Origin: a virus
Lineage: Duplodnaviria > Heunggongvirae > Uroviricota > Caudoviricetes
IMG/VR virus record: IMGVR_UViG_3300025413_000008
DNA: 58,977 bases
Strand: one strand, 5' to 3'
Position 1 is the stretch's first letter, and each line of letters opens with the position of its first letter. Below the pieces are notes generated by a model. It ran no database searches, had not been told where the DNA came from, and saw only the letters and a program-made list of their open reading frames with translations. The position numbers were made by a program, and so were the translations under genes. Positions 46,840-55,901 of the stretch are shown in pieces.

Positions 46840-47057
46840 AACCATCTCAGTGCAAATAGAATTGCTGAGCTTTCATTATCAAAGTAGAATGTTTTGATTG
46901 TTTTATGTTCTGGTCCAATAGGACGATTACTTATCCAATTGCGATATGTTCCAAGGAAACCATCACAGTTATACATTGCCCACATTTCTAAGTCGTCTTT
47001 TTTATTGTATGATATATTTTCATAATCAACATTGACTGTGATAATATCCTCAACCAT
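46836..47057 (-). CDS. Small FxLxW-motif protein
   Basis: LEMWAMYNC...FYFDNESSAILFALRWL. Confidence 0.65.
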   Translation of the reverse strand: MVEDIITVNVDYENISYNKKDDLEMWAMYNCDGFLGTYRNWISNRPIGPEHKTIKTFYFDNESSAILFALRWL

Positions 47058-47788
47058 CAGTATCCACCCACTTCCAACAGTTGCTTGACTTGTATGACCA
47101 TATCAGCATCGCGTTTGAACTTTATTGCCCACTGCTCAGGGTTAATATATTCTAAAATATACTTTTGCTGAACCTCGTCCAATGCTTCAAGGAAGGAAAT
47201 TCCGCTCGCACTGTGAAACAGCATCCATGGGCTAATCTTACCATTTATGATATATTGACAAATACGATTACGGTTCACATAACGTAAACAATCCTTGCTC
47301 TGAATTCCCGCTTCTTTGGCAAGATCAATTGTCGTTTCAATGCTGCGAGCAATGGCATCAAGCGGGTCTTCATCTTTAAGATATTGAATTAGAAATTTGT
47401 TATAGTTTACATCGCTGCACCAATTGTCAATCTTAATTTTGTTGTCAAGCAACCAATCAGCATAACGGTTTACGTTGATTACTTTGACATTTACGCAATA
47501 ATGCCCAAACTTAACAAAAGCAATGTAATATGAAGATTTGGCAAAGTCCACGTAGGTAAGTTGTTTTTTAGTTGCCGTGTTTTTCTTGTAGAACCTAAGC
47601 CATGATTGAAAACCGATACGATTGCCAGCCAAGTCATGATCTTGCCATCTTCTTTTTTGTTCGCACAAATGGCTAATCATCGTTGTTTCCTTCTGGAAAT
47701 AACGATTGCAGAATTCACACTGAAATTCTGATTTAATTTCCGAGGGCTTTTTCGTATTCTTTAATGTCTTGGTCGGTAATAATTTCAC
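47057..47788 (-). CDS. Zn-finger-containing protein in replication cluster
   Basis: FQCEFCNRYFQKETTMISHLC (C2H-C finger) and GKISPW. Confidence 0.6.
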   Translation of the reverse strand: MKLLPTKTLKNTKKPSEIKSEFQCEFCNRYFQKETTMISHLCEQKRRWQDHDLAGNRIGFQSWLRFYKKNTATKKQLTYVDFAKSSYYIAFVKFGHYCVNVKVINVNRYADWLLDNKIKIDNWCSDVNYNKFLIQYLKDEDPLDAIARSIETTIDLAKEAGIQSKDCLRYVNRNRICQYIINGKISPWMLFHSASGISFLEALDEVQQKYILEYINPEQWAIKFKRDADMVIQVKQLLEVGGY

Positions 47789-48320
47789 TTAAAATCTCAA
47801 TTTCATCGTATTTAAGGGTAGGAAACTTTTCACCAAGATACATCTTTCTTTGATGGTTGTCAATAAAGACATCACTCAAAAGAGTAACATCCCCATCACT
47901 GGTCTTTGGGTATATTTTCTTGAAGTAGTCCTTGATTTCTTTTGACTTAGGAGATTCCCTGAGTTTGCTGACTCTATCTCTAATATGAGGAATCCATTGA
48001 TGGAATTGTTTTCCAATGCCCGGACTTGCGGAGCATAACATTAGCCATTGCAATTTTGGATGCTTTTGCACGTTCTCGTTAAACATATGAAGATTAGCAT
48101 GATATTCAGTGCTCTGTAGATAATATGACTGAACGTCACGGTTTGCTTTAATAGCACTGATCCAGTGAAGCATCATGAATGGTATGAACTTCTTCTGCTG
48201 ATCAGCGGTCAATCTATCATAGTAAGAATAGTCTTTTTTGTCTATGGCGGCAAGTGCTTCAAACAAGTCAAAATCCTGTTTTTCAAATTTTTCTTCTACC
48301 GGGAGTTTTTCTTTAGCCAT
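47733..48320 (-). CDS. Possible clamp-loader small subunit (gp62-like)
   Basis: DLFEALAAIDKKD, FIPFMMLHWIS, HPKLQWLML...QFHQWI, EIKDYF; helical pattern and size resemble gp62. Confidence 0.5.
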   Translation of the reverse strand: MAKEKLPVEEKFEKQDFDLFEALAAIDKKDYSYYDRLTADQQKKFIPFMMLHWISAIKANRDVQSYYLQSTEYHANLHMFNENVQKHPKLQWLMLCSASPGIGKQFHQWIPHIRDRVSKLRESPKSKEIKDYFKKIYPKTSDGDVTLLSDVFIDNHQRKMYLGEKFPTLKYDEIEILSEIITDQDIKEYEKALGN

Positions 48321-48634
48321 TAGATAGATAACCTTGCCCAAATTGATTTTTTATTTAGTTCTTCTTCAAACTGCGGATATACTTCGTTGAGTTTGGTTAT
48401 GTCAACTTCGGTATATCCGCGTGTGCATTTATTGTAAATTTTATCATTGATGCTAAAATCAGAATCGGTTATAATTTTGGTTTGCAGCTTATTGCCTCTG
48501 CGACCCCAAAATATCATATATACTCCGAGTTCAAATATTGAAGCGGCATTTATGTGTGGTGCTTCCAATTCTATAACACCCCACACTTTATCGCTAATAT
48601 CTTCTTTACACCAACCAATAAATTGATATTTCAT
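48320..48634 (-). CDS. WGR-domain-like protein
   Basis: SDKVWGV...FWGRRGNKLQTK...K..RGY. Confidence 0.6.
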   Translation of the reverse strand: MKYQFIGWCKEDISDKVWGVIELEAPHINAASIFELGVYMIFWGRRGNKLQTKIITDSDFSINDKIYNKCTRGYTEVDITKLNEVYPQFEEELNKKSIWARLSI

Positions 48635-48915
48635 CAGATTGCCTGTGGGTTTTGATAGACCATGTTTTTACCTTGATGTGAAATGACAAAAACAGATGCA
48701 TCCATATCACTATTATACCACTTGTTCAAGCACTCAGCATATGCTTTATTAATTGCAGTATCAAGTTCATAATCTGGAATCTTCAAATCTTCCAGTTTAA
48801 ATGGAATGTTTACAATTTCTGTTCCACCGGCAGTCCTACGCAGCATATGGAAAAATAAATTTGGTTTATAACCAGATGGCTCAACCTGAATGCGAGCGAC
48901 CTTGGCATCACTCAT
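48634..48915 (-). CDS. Hypothetical protein
   Basis: 93 aa, translationally coupled. Confidence 0.6.
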   Translation of the reverse strand: MSDAKVARIQVEPSGYKPNLFFHMLRRTAGGTEIVNIPFKLEDLKIPDYELDTAINKAYAECLNKWYNSDMDASVFVISHQGKNMVYQNPQAI

Positions 48916-49214
48916 TGCTTTAGGGCCTCATATGTGATGATGTGTGCGAATGCTTCGCCCAAATCTTTTTCAGATGGAATAATATGCAGGGAGGTGTTGG
49001 TGCGATCAGTCATAATATTATAATGGCTTACTTCCACAATCATGCCACCCGTAGCATTATATGTGCGAAATGTAGTGTTTGATGAGTTCAAACCATTAGT
49101 GGTATTATATTTGCGAAGGGGAAATCCAGTATCTGGCAATAAAACTGGTTCATCCTGAACCGTTTCCCATGCTTTGCGAGATTGTTTTAGAAACCACTTG
49201 TCAAACCATTTCAT
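48912..49214 (-). CDS. Hypothetical protein
   Basis: 100 aa, translationally coupled. Confidence 0.65.
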   Translation of the reverse strand: MKWFDKWFLKQSRKAWETVQDEPVLLPDTGFPLRKYNTTNGLNSSNTTFRTYNATGGMIVEVSHYNIMTDRTNTSLHIIPSEKDLGEAFAHIITYEALKQ

Positions 49215-49819
49215 TATACATAATCCTTTTCAACAAGAATCATTTCAACTTCTGAACTCTTGCCATCAGTTGACAGTTCACCCAAATCTGCTAAATCAAC
49301 GCCGTTATACTGAACTCCGGTTACAAGAACCCATCCTTCAACATCAGTAGTCATAAATGTCAACTTTTTTGGATCAAACTCATTATCCTCAAATTCATAT
49401 GAGGAAAACACACCCTTTTCAAAACTCTGTCCCACAAAATATACATCACCGTCATTTAGGTGATCTTCTGCACGAATCTCTTCAACTTCATTGACCAATG
49501 CTCCTTGGTCAGTGAAATTTACAATCTCGGTTGAATCCACGATTATATTTTCAAGAGAATCATAAATGGTTACATAAGCATACTCAACATCTGCTCCACA
49601 ATTATGAGCGATGTCATCACAATCATACCAATCGCCCGGAGAAAATGGACGAATATCTTCTGGAATTACTACTTCTTCATTTTCTTCAAAAAAATCAGAG
49701 TTCCAGCAGTAATCCTCAAGATCAAGTTCGTTTTCTTCAAAAACATCATAGAACTTACGATTTACTTTTCCTACTGTAATTTCGCCGCCGCGACCCGCGA
49801 TTTCAATCCTATACTTCAT
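49214..49819 (-). CDS. Acidic hypothetical protein
   Basis: 201 aa, GRGGEITVG, EKGVF, STDGKS. Confidence 0.7.
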   Translation of the reverse strand: MKYRIEIAGRGGEITVGKVNRKFYDVFEENELDLEDYCWNSDFFEENEEVVIPEDIRPFSPGDWYDCDDIAHNCGADVEYAYVTIYDSLENIIVDSTEIVNFTDQGALVNEVEEIRAEDHLNDGDVYFVGQSFEKGVFSSYEFEDNEFDPKKLTFMTTDVEGWVLVTGVQYNGVDLADLGELSTDGKSSEVEMILVEKDYV

Positions 49820-49947
49820 TTCTTCTTTCCTTTCTTTTTAGACGGAACAGTCAATTCAACATCTGGATATAAGTTGCGAATTACGCCCATAATATCAGAT
49901 TCTTTATTTTTCTTCTGGAACTCTTGAATTAGCGATTCTTTAATCAT
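49816..49947 (-). CDS. Small basic hypothetical protein (43 aa)
   Basis: Hand-translated; AAGGA RBS, ATGA overlap with the downstream gene. Confidence 0.5.
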   Translation of the reverse strand: MIKESLIQEFQKKNKESDIMGVIRNLYPDVELTVPSKKKGKKK

Positions 49948-49956
49948 GTTTTTTCC

Positions 49957-50457
49957 TTAAAATGCTTGGCTATAGTCAACAATTTCACAATTTCTGCTTA
50001 TTTCTTTAACAAAGTATACACATCTTGGTTTTTCTCCATCATCAATTGGAACACATAAAAACTGGCCGTTTCTAAGTCTCGGGGCAAACCATGTGACATC
50101 TGGATAGATGTCTAAAATTTCAATAGGCAAGAATGACGGGGAGAAAGATGACAATGGATTAAATTCAAAAGCATTAAATCCTCTGTCATTAAGGCTTGAT
50201 AATGGAAGAGTTTCCAGATCACCGTGCTCTTGCTCACCAATTAGTATTTGCCAATCAACTGGCATTTTTATTGTCATATCACCTATCTTAAGAACTAAGG
50301 CAGGAGAACTAAATGATTCCAAAAAAATCAATGGGATGAAGTGGTAATCTACATTGGATGGAGTGGAGTTATCAAGGATTGCAAATCTAACATCATCTAC
50401 TTCATCTGGGAGATTATCTAAATTAAATTTTTCATTTTCTAATAGAAGTATGTTCAT
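49957..50457 (-). CDS. Hypothetical protein
   Basis: 166 aa, leaderless promoter TTGACA-N17-TATAGT. Confidence 0.75.
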   Translation of the reverse strand: MNILLLENEKFNLDNLPDEVDDVRFAILDNSTPSNVDYHFIPLIFLESFSSPALVLKIGDMTIKMPVDWQILIGEQEHGDLETLPLSSLNDRGFNAFEFNPLSSFSPSFLPIEILDIYPDVTWFAPRLRNGQFLCVPIDDGEKPRCVYFVKEISRNCEIVDYSQAF

Positions 50458-50463
50458 GATTAA

Positions 50464-50492
50464 ACTATAGCAAATTTTTGCTTAATTGTCAA
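50464..50492 (-). promoter_or_regulatory. Sigma70-like early promoter (representative of ~12)
   Basis: TTGACA-N17-TATAGT. Similar sites at 16578-16606, 19471-19499, 22436-22464, 33664-33692, 42160-42187, 46109-46137, 52944-52971, 54288-54316, 55734-55761, 57479-57507 and 58287-58315. Confidence 0.75.
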
Positions 50493-50496
50493 CATA

Positions 50497-51951
50497 TTAG
50501 ATGTCCAATTTTTCTGTTGTAAAGGGATATTCTGCTTCTTTATAAAAAACCTTACGTTGTGTTAGGTGGCGTTTTGCGAACTTACAAGTGCTTGTAATAT
50601 CCCAAATCTGCACAAAGTCCTTATCTTCTGCTTTTCTTACACCACGCCCAATGCTTTGAATAACACGAACAAACGACTTGCCAGGCTCAATAAGTACCAA
50701 GTTAAAGATACGAGGAATATTGATACCGACAGCAGCAACACCATACGTGGCAACGATAATTTTGTCATCACTTGTTGCAATTTCATCATATTCTTCTTTC
50801 CTTTCTGTTAATTTAGTATTACCATTAACAAACACTGCGTTTGGTAATCTGTTTACTAATTCTTTACCCGCGTTAACACGGTCAACGAGAACCAACGTAT
50901 TTCCGGTCTCAGTAATTTTTATGATTAATTCGCTGATTCTATCCAGCCTCTTTTCATCTTCTAAAAGATGCTTGAGTTCTGATTGATAATTTGCAAACTC
51001 TTTGTTATCTTTCATCTGAATGATGTTCACATGGCAGTTAGCAAGGACGCCTTTATCCTGTAGTTCTTTAGCCGATAGATTTCCCACAACAGGCCCAAGG
51101 GACACGAGAAGTGATACCCTATCCATTTCATCTTTAGGAATAGTTCCTGTTAGGCCCCATCTAATCGGAATTCTGGAAAGTAATCCGGTTAATAGCGTTT
51201 GTAAAATATTACCTTTAATTGAATGTGCCTCGTCAACAATCACGCATATTACGTCATCCAAGAAAGAGTTACGCAACTCTGGATCAATTTCAGAATCTGT
51301 CTTTTTATTTAAGAGGTTGTCCAATGATTGCCAAGTACAGATTGTGTGGGTTTTTCCGTATTCCTTGCGGTCGCCAAAATACACGCCAACATTTAATCCA
51401 AGATTGATGTAGTCTGCCTCGGTTTGCACAACAAGAGATTTGTTAGGAACAATTACAAGTGATCGCCCATACTTTTCTACACTCTTAGAGAGTGCAGCAG
51501 TTATCAGAGTCTTTCCAGCACCAGTGGCAATTTCTTGTAGCGACTGTGGATTTGACAGGAAGTTGTTTACGATTTCTACCTGATAATCGCGTAACATAAT
51601 AGGTTTGTCTTCGGCTGGGTGTCCTTTTGGCCACTTCTTATCAGCAAAGGTATCTTCTTTAATTAAATCAAATGTCAGGTCTTGGCTGCGCTGTCTTCGG
51701 TCATCAAGTTCAATATCATAATCATTATCAATTAAGTATGGAACAATCTGATCTAATAGATTTAGATAGGTGCTTCCTGCTAAAGAAAAGTAACTGATTT
51801 TACCATTCCATCTACCTAATCTTACAGCAGGAAGATATTTTGCACCGGGTTTTTCATATTCAAATTTTTTCATTAGTGCTCTGCGAGTGTCTAATTCAAG
51901 ACCTTCAATTTTTACATTACACTCGTCTTTTATTATTATTTTTGCTTTCAT
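50497..51951 (-). CDS. uvsW: UvsW-like SF2 DNA helicase
   Basis: LRDYQ, ATGAGKT, VPNKSLV.QT, VDEAH, GLTGT, GINIP, QSIGRGVR. Confidence 0.92.
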   Translation of the reverse strand: MKAKIIIKDECNVKIEGLELDTRRALMKKFEYEKPGAKYLPAVRLGRWNGKISYFSLAGSTYLNLLDQIVPYLIDNDYDIELDDRRQRSQDLTFDLIKEDTFADKKWPKGHPAEDKPIMLRDYQVEIVNNFLSNPQSLQEIATGAGKTLITAALSKSVEKYGRSLVIVPNKSLVVQTEADYINLGLNVGVYFGDRKEYGKTHTICTWQSLDNLLNKKTDSEIDPELRNSFLDDVICVIVDEAHSIKGNILQTLLTGLLSRIPIRWGLTGTIPKDEMDRVSLLVSLGPVVGNLSAKELQDKGVLANCHVNIIQMKDNKEFANYQSELKHLLEDEKRLDRISELIIKITETGNTLVLVDRVNAGKELVNRLPNAVFVNGNTKLTERKEEYDEIATSDDKIIVATYGVAAVGINIPRIFNLVLIEPGKSFVRVIQSIGRGVRKAEDKDFVQIWDITSTCKFAKRHLTQRKVFYKEAEYPFTTEKLDI

Positions 51952-52937
51952 TTTGCCTCAATGGGGCGAGAATCTTTAAGAACTATCAGTTTGCCCATTC
52001 CCGGATAGTTCATATTTACGGTGCTGTCATATAGAGTTATTAACATAAAGTGTTCCGGCGAAGTTTTACCTGGAGGAAAAAGCGTTATGCCATTTTCTAC
52101 AAATACTGCCTGAACTTCTTTACCAATTTTACTATAATTAATTCCTCTTCCCCATAGGACATTAGAACAACCCAATGATTTAATCATCTTGACGAGATTA
52201 GCACCATCTGAGGCTTCTATTTGTACGCTACGGTCAGCAGCAAATTTCAAAGTAGGATCATTCTTGGTCAACTCTGGATCAATCTTTATTCCATACTGAG
52301 ACAGTTTATACAATGTAAGAGGTTCAAGCGTGAGTTCAATGTCACTTATAGCCTCTAGGAGAGGCGCTGAGCATGCTACAAGCATTAGTCTGCCATTCAC
52401 CATCATTAGCGTTGGGTCCCAAACTGTAGTCGTTTCATATCGCTTTAAACTGTCCAACAAAACTTGTGAGGTTTCACAGAACTTGACCGTAGGAAAGTAT
52501 TTATAAAGTTTGGTTGCGGCAATATTGAATGCACGAGTAGAAAACTTTGATTTGTATATCTTCAATTCTCTATTCCACTCAAACGAATTGTGGGGAATAT
52601 CCCTGAATGACGAGATAAATGTTTTATTAAATGGAACACGAATGATGATTTCATCGTCATCAATAGACACTACTGCACCAGTATATTCTGGTGTGCTTTC
52701 AACAATCGTGGATTCCCAAGGAAGCAGCATAACGTCTTCCTTCTTGATATTGTTCTTGGCTAACTGCTTACCATACTTTTCAATCAGCCTATCAAACAGA
52801 TCGGCTTGATTGGATGTAACGCGCATGTTCTTTTGAACCATCGATTGCAGGTTTGCCAAGAACTTATAGTCATACTGGCTGAGAGAAATCTTTCCTACCT
52901 GTAGGAAGAAATACAGCAATTGTTCTTTCTTTTCCAT
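51948..52937 (-). CDS. Hypothetical protein coupled to uvsW
   Basis: 329 aa, ATGA overlap, own sigma70-like promoter. Confidence 0.7.
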   Translation of the reverse strand: MEKKEQLLYFFLQVGKISLSQYDYKFLANLQSMVQKNMRVTSNQADLFDRLIEKYGKQLAKNNIKKEDVMLLPWESTIVESTPEYTGAVVSIDDDEIIIRVPFNKTFISSFRDIPHNSFEWNRELKIYKSKFSTRAFNIAATKLYKYFPTVKFCETSQVLLDSLKRYETTTVWDPTLMMVNGRLMLVACSAPLLEAISDIELTLEPLTLYKLSQYGIKIDPELTKNDPTLKFAADRSVQIEASDGANLVKMIKSLGCSNVLWGRGINYSKIGKEVQAVFVENGITLFPPGKTSPEHFMLITLYDSTVNMNYPGMGKLIVLKDSRPIEAK

Positions 52938-52972
52938 GTTCTAACTATACCACAATCTATTATAAATGCAAG

Positions 52973-52998
52973 AAAAAAGGGGAGGCGGAAGCCTCCCC
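52973..52998 (-). terminator. Intrinsic terminator
   Basis: GGGGAGGC-ttcc-GCCTCCCC followed by TTTTTT on the minus strand. Confidence 0.85.
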
Positions 52999-53038
52999 CT
53001 GAGTTTACCGGTGCGGTGTGCTACCGGAGAGAATATGC

Positions 53039-53215
53039 TTAGAGTTTTTGACGAATTCGTACAGTATCAAATAGTGCGATAAGACCAAGACAGAATGCTA
53101 AATTTTCTATACTGCCCCATCGACCATCCATAACCCTGATTGCTATTACCAAAACAATAAGTTGTAAGATAGTCCAGAGCCATGCGATAATATAATTGAT
53201 AATATCGGTTTTCAT
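53039..53215 (-). CDS. Small membrane protein (58 aa)
   Basis: Hand-translated MKTDIINYIIAWLWTILQLIVLVIAI...LAFCLGLIALF; two hydrophobic stretches. Confidence 0.5.
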   Translation of the reverse strand: MKTDIINYIIAWLWTILQLIVLVIAIRVMDGRWGSIENLAFCLGLIALFDTVRIRQKL

Positions 53216-53226
53216 TTCATTTCTCC

Positions 53227-54258
53227 TTAGTGACGACGCATTACGGTGCTTTCCGCAAGTGCCTTCCAGTTCTTAGGTGAGATTTTGATCAAATCAGCGA
53301 TTTTGAGAGCGGTACGAATAGACAGTTCACGGAGTTTATGGTTGTTAGCTTCCATGAAATCAAGAACTTCTTGTCCTTCATTATTTTCAAAATTATAATC
53401 GCCAAACAGCCCATTTTCCGCATCGCGATTAACTTGACGAATACGAAGCATTTTGTCGCGCTCCGAGTCAATAGTCAAATCAACGAAGTGGCAACGTGAC
53501 TCCAGTGCTTCAAGGTGATCTTGCAACTTCTTAGAACGAACGTTTTCAAACTTAAGGTTTGTAATGAAAATTGCCGAACCCTTAAAGTCAAAACTATTGG
53601 GGATTCCTTCATCCCGAAGAAGGCGAGAATCCGAGTTCCAGCAGATGCGACGACGCTTACCACTATCAAGAGCGGCCTTAAGAATGTTCAGGGAAAGTTC
53701 GTCAGCAAAGACACTATCACAGTCATCAAAGACCAGAACATTCTTCTTGTCACTATACTTGTAAAGTTGTGCGTAAAGCCCCAAGGCAGTCATGGCACCC
53801 TTCACAACATTGTGACGAATTTTGTTACCAGAGAGTTGGTCAAACAAAGCAGACTTTTCAAGCTGTTGCTCAACGCCAAACGACTTGCCAACGCCCGGAG
53901 GCCCCGAGACAATCATCGCCTTCACATCGCCACGGATACAAGCAGCAGCCATGTCATCCAGAATCTGGAAACGGTTGGAAATGCGATCCATTGCTTCTTC
54001 GTCAGTTTCAGTCACAACGATAGGCTTGCTGCCCTTTGAGACCGTAGTATTATTAACTTCATCGTCAATAATTTCATAATGCGATGTACTATCCACTTTA
54101 ATCCTTACTTTGTTGCAATCCACGGGAAACTTATCATCATTAAGAACGGTGATGAAAGAGCCGTGAACCCCTTCTTGAATGCCCTTGAGCATCACGAACT
54201 CCCGATTGATTACAGGCTTGCCGCGAAATTCACCATACTTTACGAGAACATTATGCAT
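53227..54258 (-). CDS. AAA+ family ATPase
   Basis: Walker A GPPGVGKS, Walker B VLVFDDCD, IFITN sensor 1, ALESR arginine finger. Confidence 0.85.
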   Translation of the reverse strand: MHNVLVKYGEFRGKPVINREFVMLKGIQEGVHGSFITVLNDDKFPVDCNKVRIKVDSTSHYEIIDDEVNNTTVSKGSKPIVVTETDEEAMDRISNRFQILDDMAAACIRGDVKAMIVSGPPGVGKSFGVEQQLEKSALFDQLSGNKIRHNVVKGAMTALGLYAQLYKYSDKKNVLVFDDCDSVFADELSLNILKAALDSGKRRRICWNSDSRLLRDEGIPNSFDFKGSAIFITNLKFENVRSKKLQDHLEALESRCHFVDLTIDSERDKMLRIRQVNRDAENGLFGDYNFENNEGQEVLDFMEANNHKLRELSIRTALKIADLIKISPKNWKALAESTVMRRH

Positions 54259-54312
54259 GACTATCTCCTATCGTGTTCAGTGGAGCCACTTTACCGACAG
54301 GAGATATATATG

Positions 54313-54795
54313 TCAAGCAGAAAAAACACTGATTTTAGAAAAACCTTCATCTTCTGTTGGGTGCGTAAAAGACTTAACCATAGTCCCCAGAATATGCTGC
54401 GGGATGGTCTTGCCCTTACGAGAGTTGAGCCTATGTTCCCATTCATCCGGCTCAGGAGTCGGAAACACCACCGCTTCAAAAGTATATCCATGCCCCTTGA
54501 AGAAATCAATGAACTTCTTGCGGGACTTCACTGACAGGTTGGTGCGATCAATGATGACACTGTTGCCATTTTCTGCGCACAGAATAGCATCATCCCACAT
54601 AACTTTTTCTGCAAATCCGACCAGTTCCTTAAAGGCTTGATCATAAGTATAACCATACTTAAGTGCAATTTCATCAATGATCTTGTCGGTGGATAGGACC
54701 GTATCGTGCCAATGCTGCTTTTGCATCTTGTGCATGGTAGTCCACGTGGACTTTCCACTTCCTGGTAGTCCACATAAAATGATCACAGTTTTCAT
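54313..54795 (-). CDS. Polynucleotide kinase-like P-loop protein (AAA_33-type)
   Basis: LCGLPGSGKST, LSTD, VIIDRTNLSVKSR, RLNSR, P..DEGF. Confidence 0.8.
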   Translation of the reverse strand: MKTVIILCGLPGSGKSTWTTMHKMQKQHWHDTVLSTDKIIDEIALKYGYTYDQAFKELVGFAEKVMWDDAILCAENGNSVIIDRTNLSVKSRKKFIDFFKGHGYTFEAVVFPTPEPDEWEHRLNSRKGKTIPQHILGTMVKSFTHPTEDEGFSKISVFSA

Positions 54796-55031
54796 TGTTG
54801 ATGATGTTCTCCTCTGCGTACCATTCCTGCTGAAATGCTACACGACCTTTTATGGTAATAGAATTCATTAAGCCTATTTGGATTGCAGTTTCTGCCCATA
54901 CGTTTCATTCTTTCTATATAAGCACGACGTTCTTTATCAAGCTCAGCCGCAGTCTCAGACAAATAATCTGCTATTTTTTCACGTTCCTGTTTTACGGCAT
55001 CTTCAATCATTTCTTGTGTAGTCTTAGTCAT
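54792..55031 (-). CDS. Hypothetical protein
   Basis: 79 aa in operon. Confidence 0.55.
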   Translation of the reverse strand: MTKTTQEMIEDAVKQEREKIADYLSETAAELDKERRAYIERMKRMGRNCNPNRLNEFYYHKRSCSISAGMVRRGEHHQQ

Positions 55032-55188
55032 CTTCTTTATCCTTCAATAGATTGCGGGTTCGTTCCACGATACAGTTGCCCTTGTCTTCCAAAAAATGTG
55101 CCTGACAATAGCCATGATGATCATGATGACATGGTTCATCGTGAATGTCAAGCCATTCTTGTAGCAGTTTGGTTAATTCGTTAGTCAT
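55024..55188 (-). CDS. Small Cys/His-rich protein (54 aa)
   Basis: Hand-translated MTNELTKLL...PCHHDHHGYCQAH...NC. Confidence 0.55.
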   Translation of the reverse strand: MTNELTKLLQEWLDIHDEPCHHDHHGYCQAHFLEDKGNCIVERTRNLLKDKEDD

Positions 55189-55376
55189 ACACCCGGCGAA
55201 CGCCCTCCATACTCCAGAAAATCTTCAATGTCTTCTTTCAGACAAAGACCATCACAGTAAGTGCCATCATAGAATGCAGTTTCACCAAAGAAATCCTTAA
55301 CATATGGACCTTCATCACATTTGTTAAGGATTTCAAGAACGGCGTTAAGGAGAACAGTTGCACGATCTTCAGTCAT
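55185..55376 (-). CDS. Hypothetical protein
   Basis: MTEDRATVLL...CDGLCL. Confidence 0.55.
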   Translation of the reverse strand: MTEDRATVLLNAVLEILNKCDEGPYVKDFFGETAFYDGTYCDGLCLKEDIEDFLEYGGRSPGV

Positions 55377-55380
55377 TTTA

Positions 55381-55701
55381 TTATCCATTCCACTTGCAAA
55401 CGTCGATGAACTGCTCGTCACTCATCCAGAGATAATCGTCTTCGGTATAGCCCCAGCGATCAATACCGCCACCGATGCCGACATAGTTTCCATCAGCATC
55501 AAAAGCGCTGTAGCCATAGCTATCATAGCCATCAGCATCATAATCGGCAAAGTAAAGACGAGTGTTATAGATTTCGCCACGCTCTTTCATTTCAAGAGTC
55601 CACACTGGCGGAATCTGCTTGTCAGCATTATAGCAATAATCTCTGTAGGAGCGACTAGTTTGCTGGCAAGTCAGCGACGGGCTGTATTTACCTTTGCTCA
55701 T
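55381..55701 (-). CDS. Hypothetical protein with YDxxGY-type short repeats
   Basis: YDADGYDSYGYSAFDADG...IDRWGY; promoter at 55734-55761. Confidence 0.6.
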   Translation of the reverse strand: MSKGKYSPSLTCQQTSRSYRDYCYNADKQIPPVWTLEMKERGEIYNTRLYFADYDADGYDSYGYSAFDADGNYVGIGGGIDRWGYTEDDYLWMSDEQFIDVCKWNG

Positions 55702-55757
55702 ATCGAATCACTCCATATCTCTGCTACATTCTCAACATAGCAGATTCGCATAAAATG

Positions 55758-55901
55758 TCAATCGTTATTTTCCAACCGCTGCTTGATGATAGCAATCGTT
55801 TCATCAAGACATTCGTGAGAATCCGTACCGTCTAACTCAAGCATGGCCTTTGCCCAATCAAGGTCTTCAAGCGCCATTTCAAAAAGTTCTCTATCAGTCA
55901 T
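55758..55901 (-). CDS. Small hypothetical protein
   Basis: The 3' part of the track ORF (MTDRELFEM...), overlapping the ligase stop. Confidence 0.5.
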   Translation of the reverse strand: MTDRELFEMALEDLDWAKAMLELDGTDSHECLDETIAIIKQRLENND

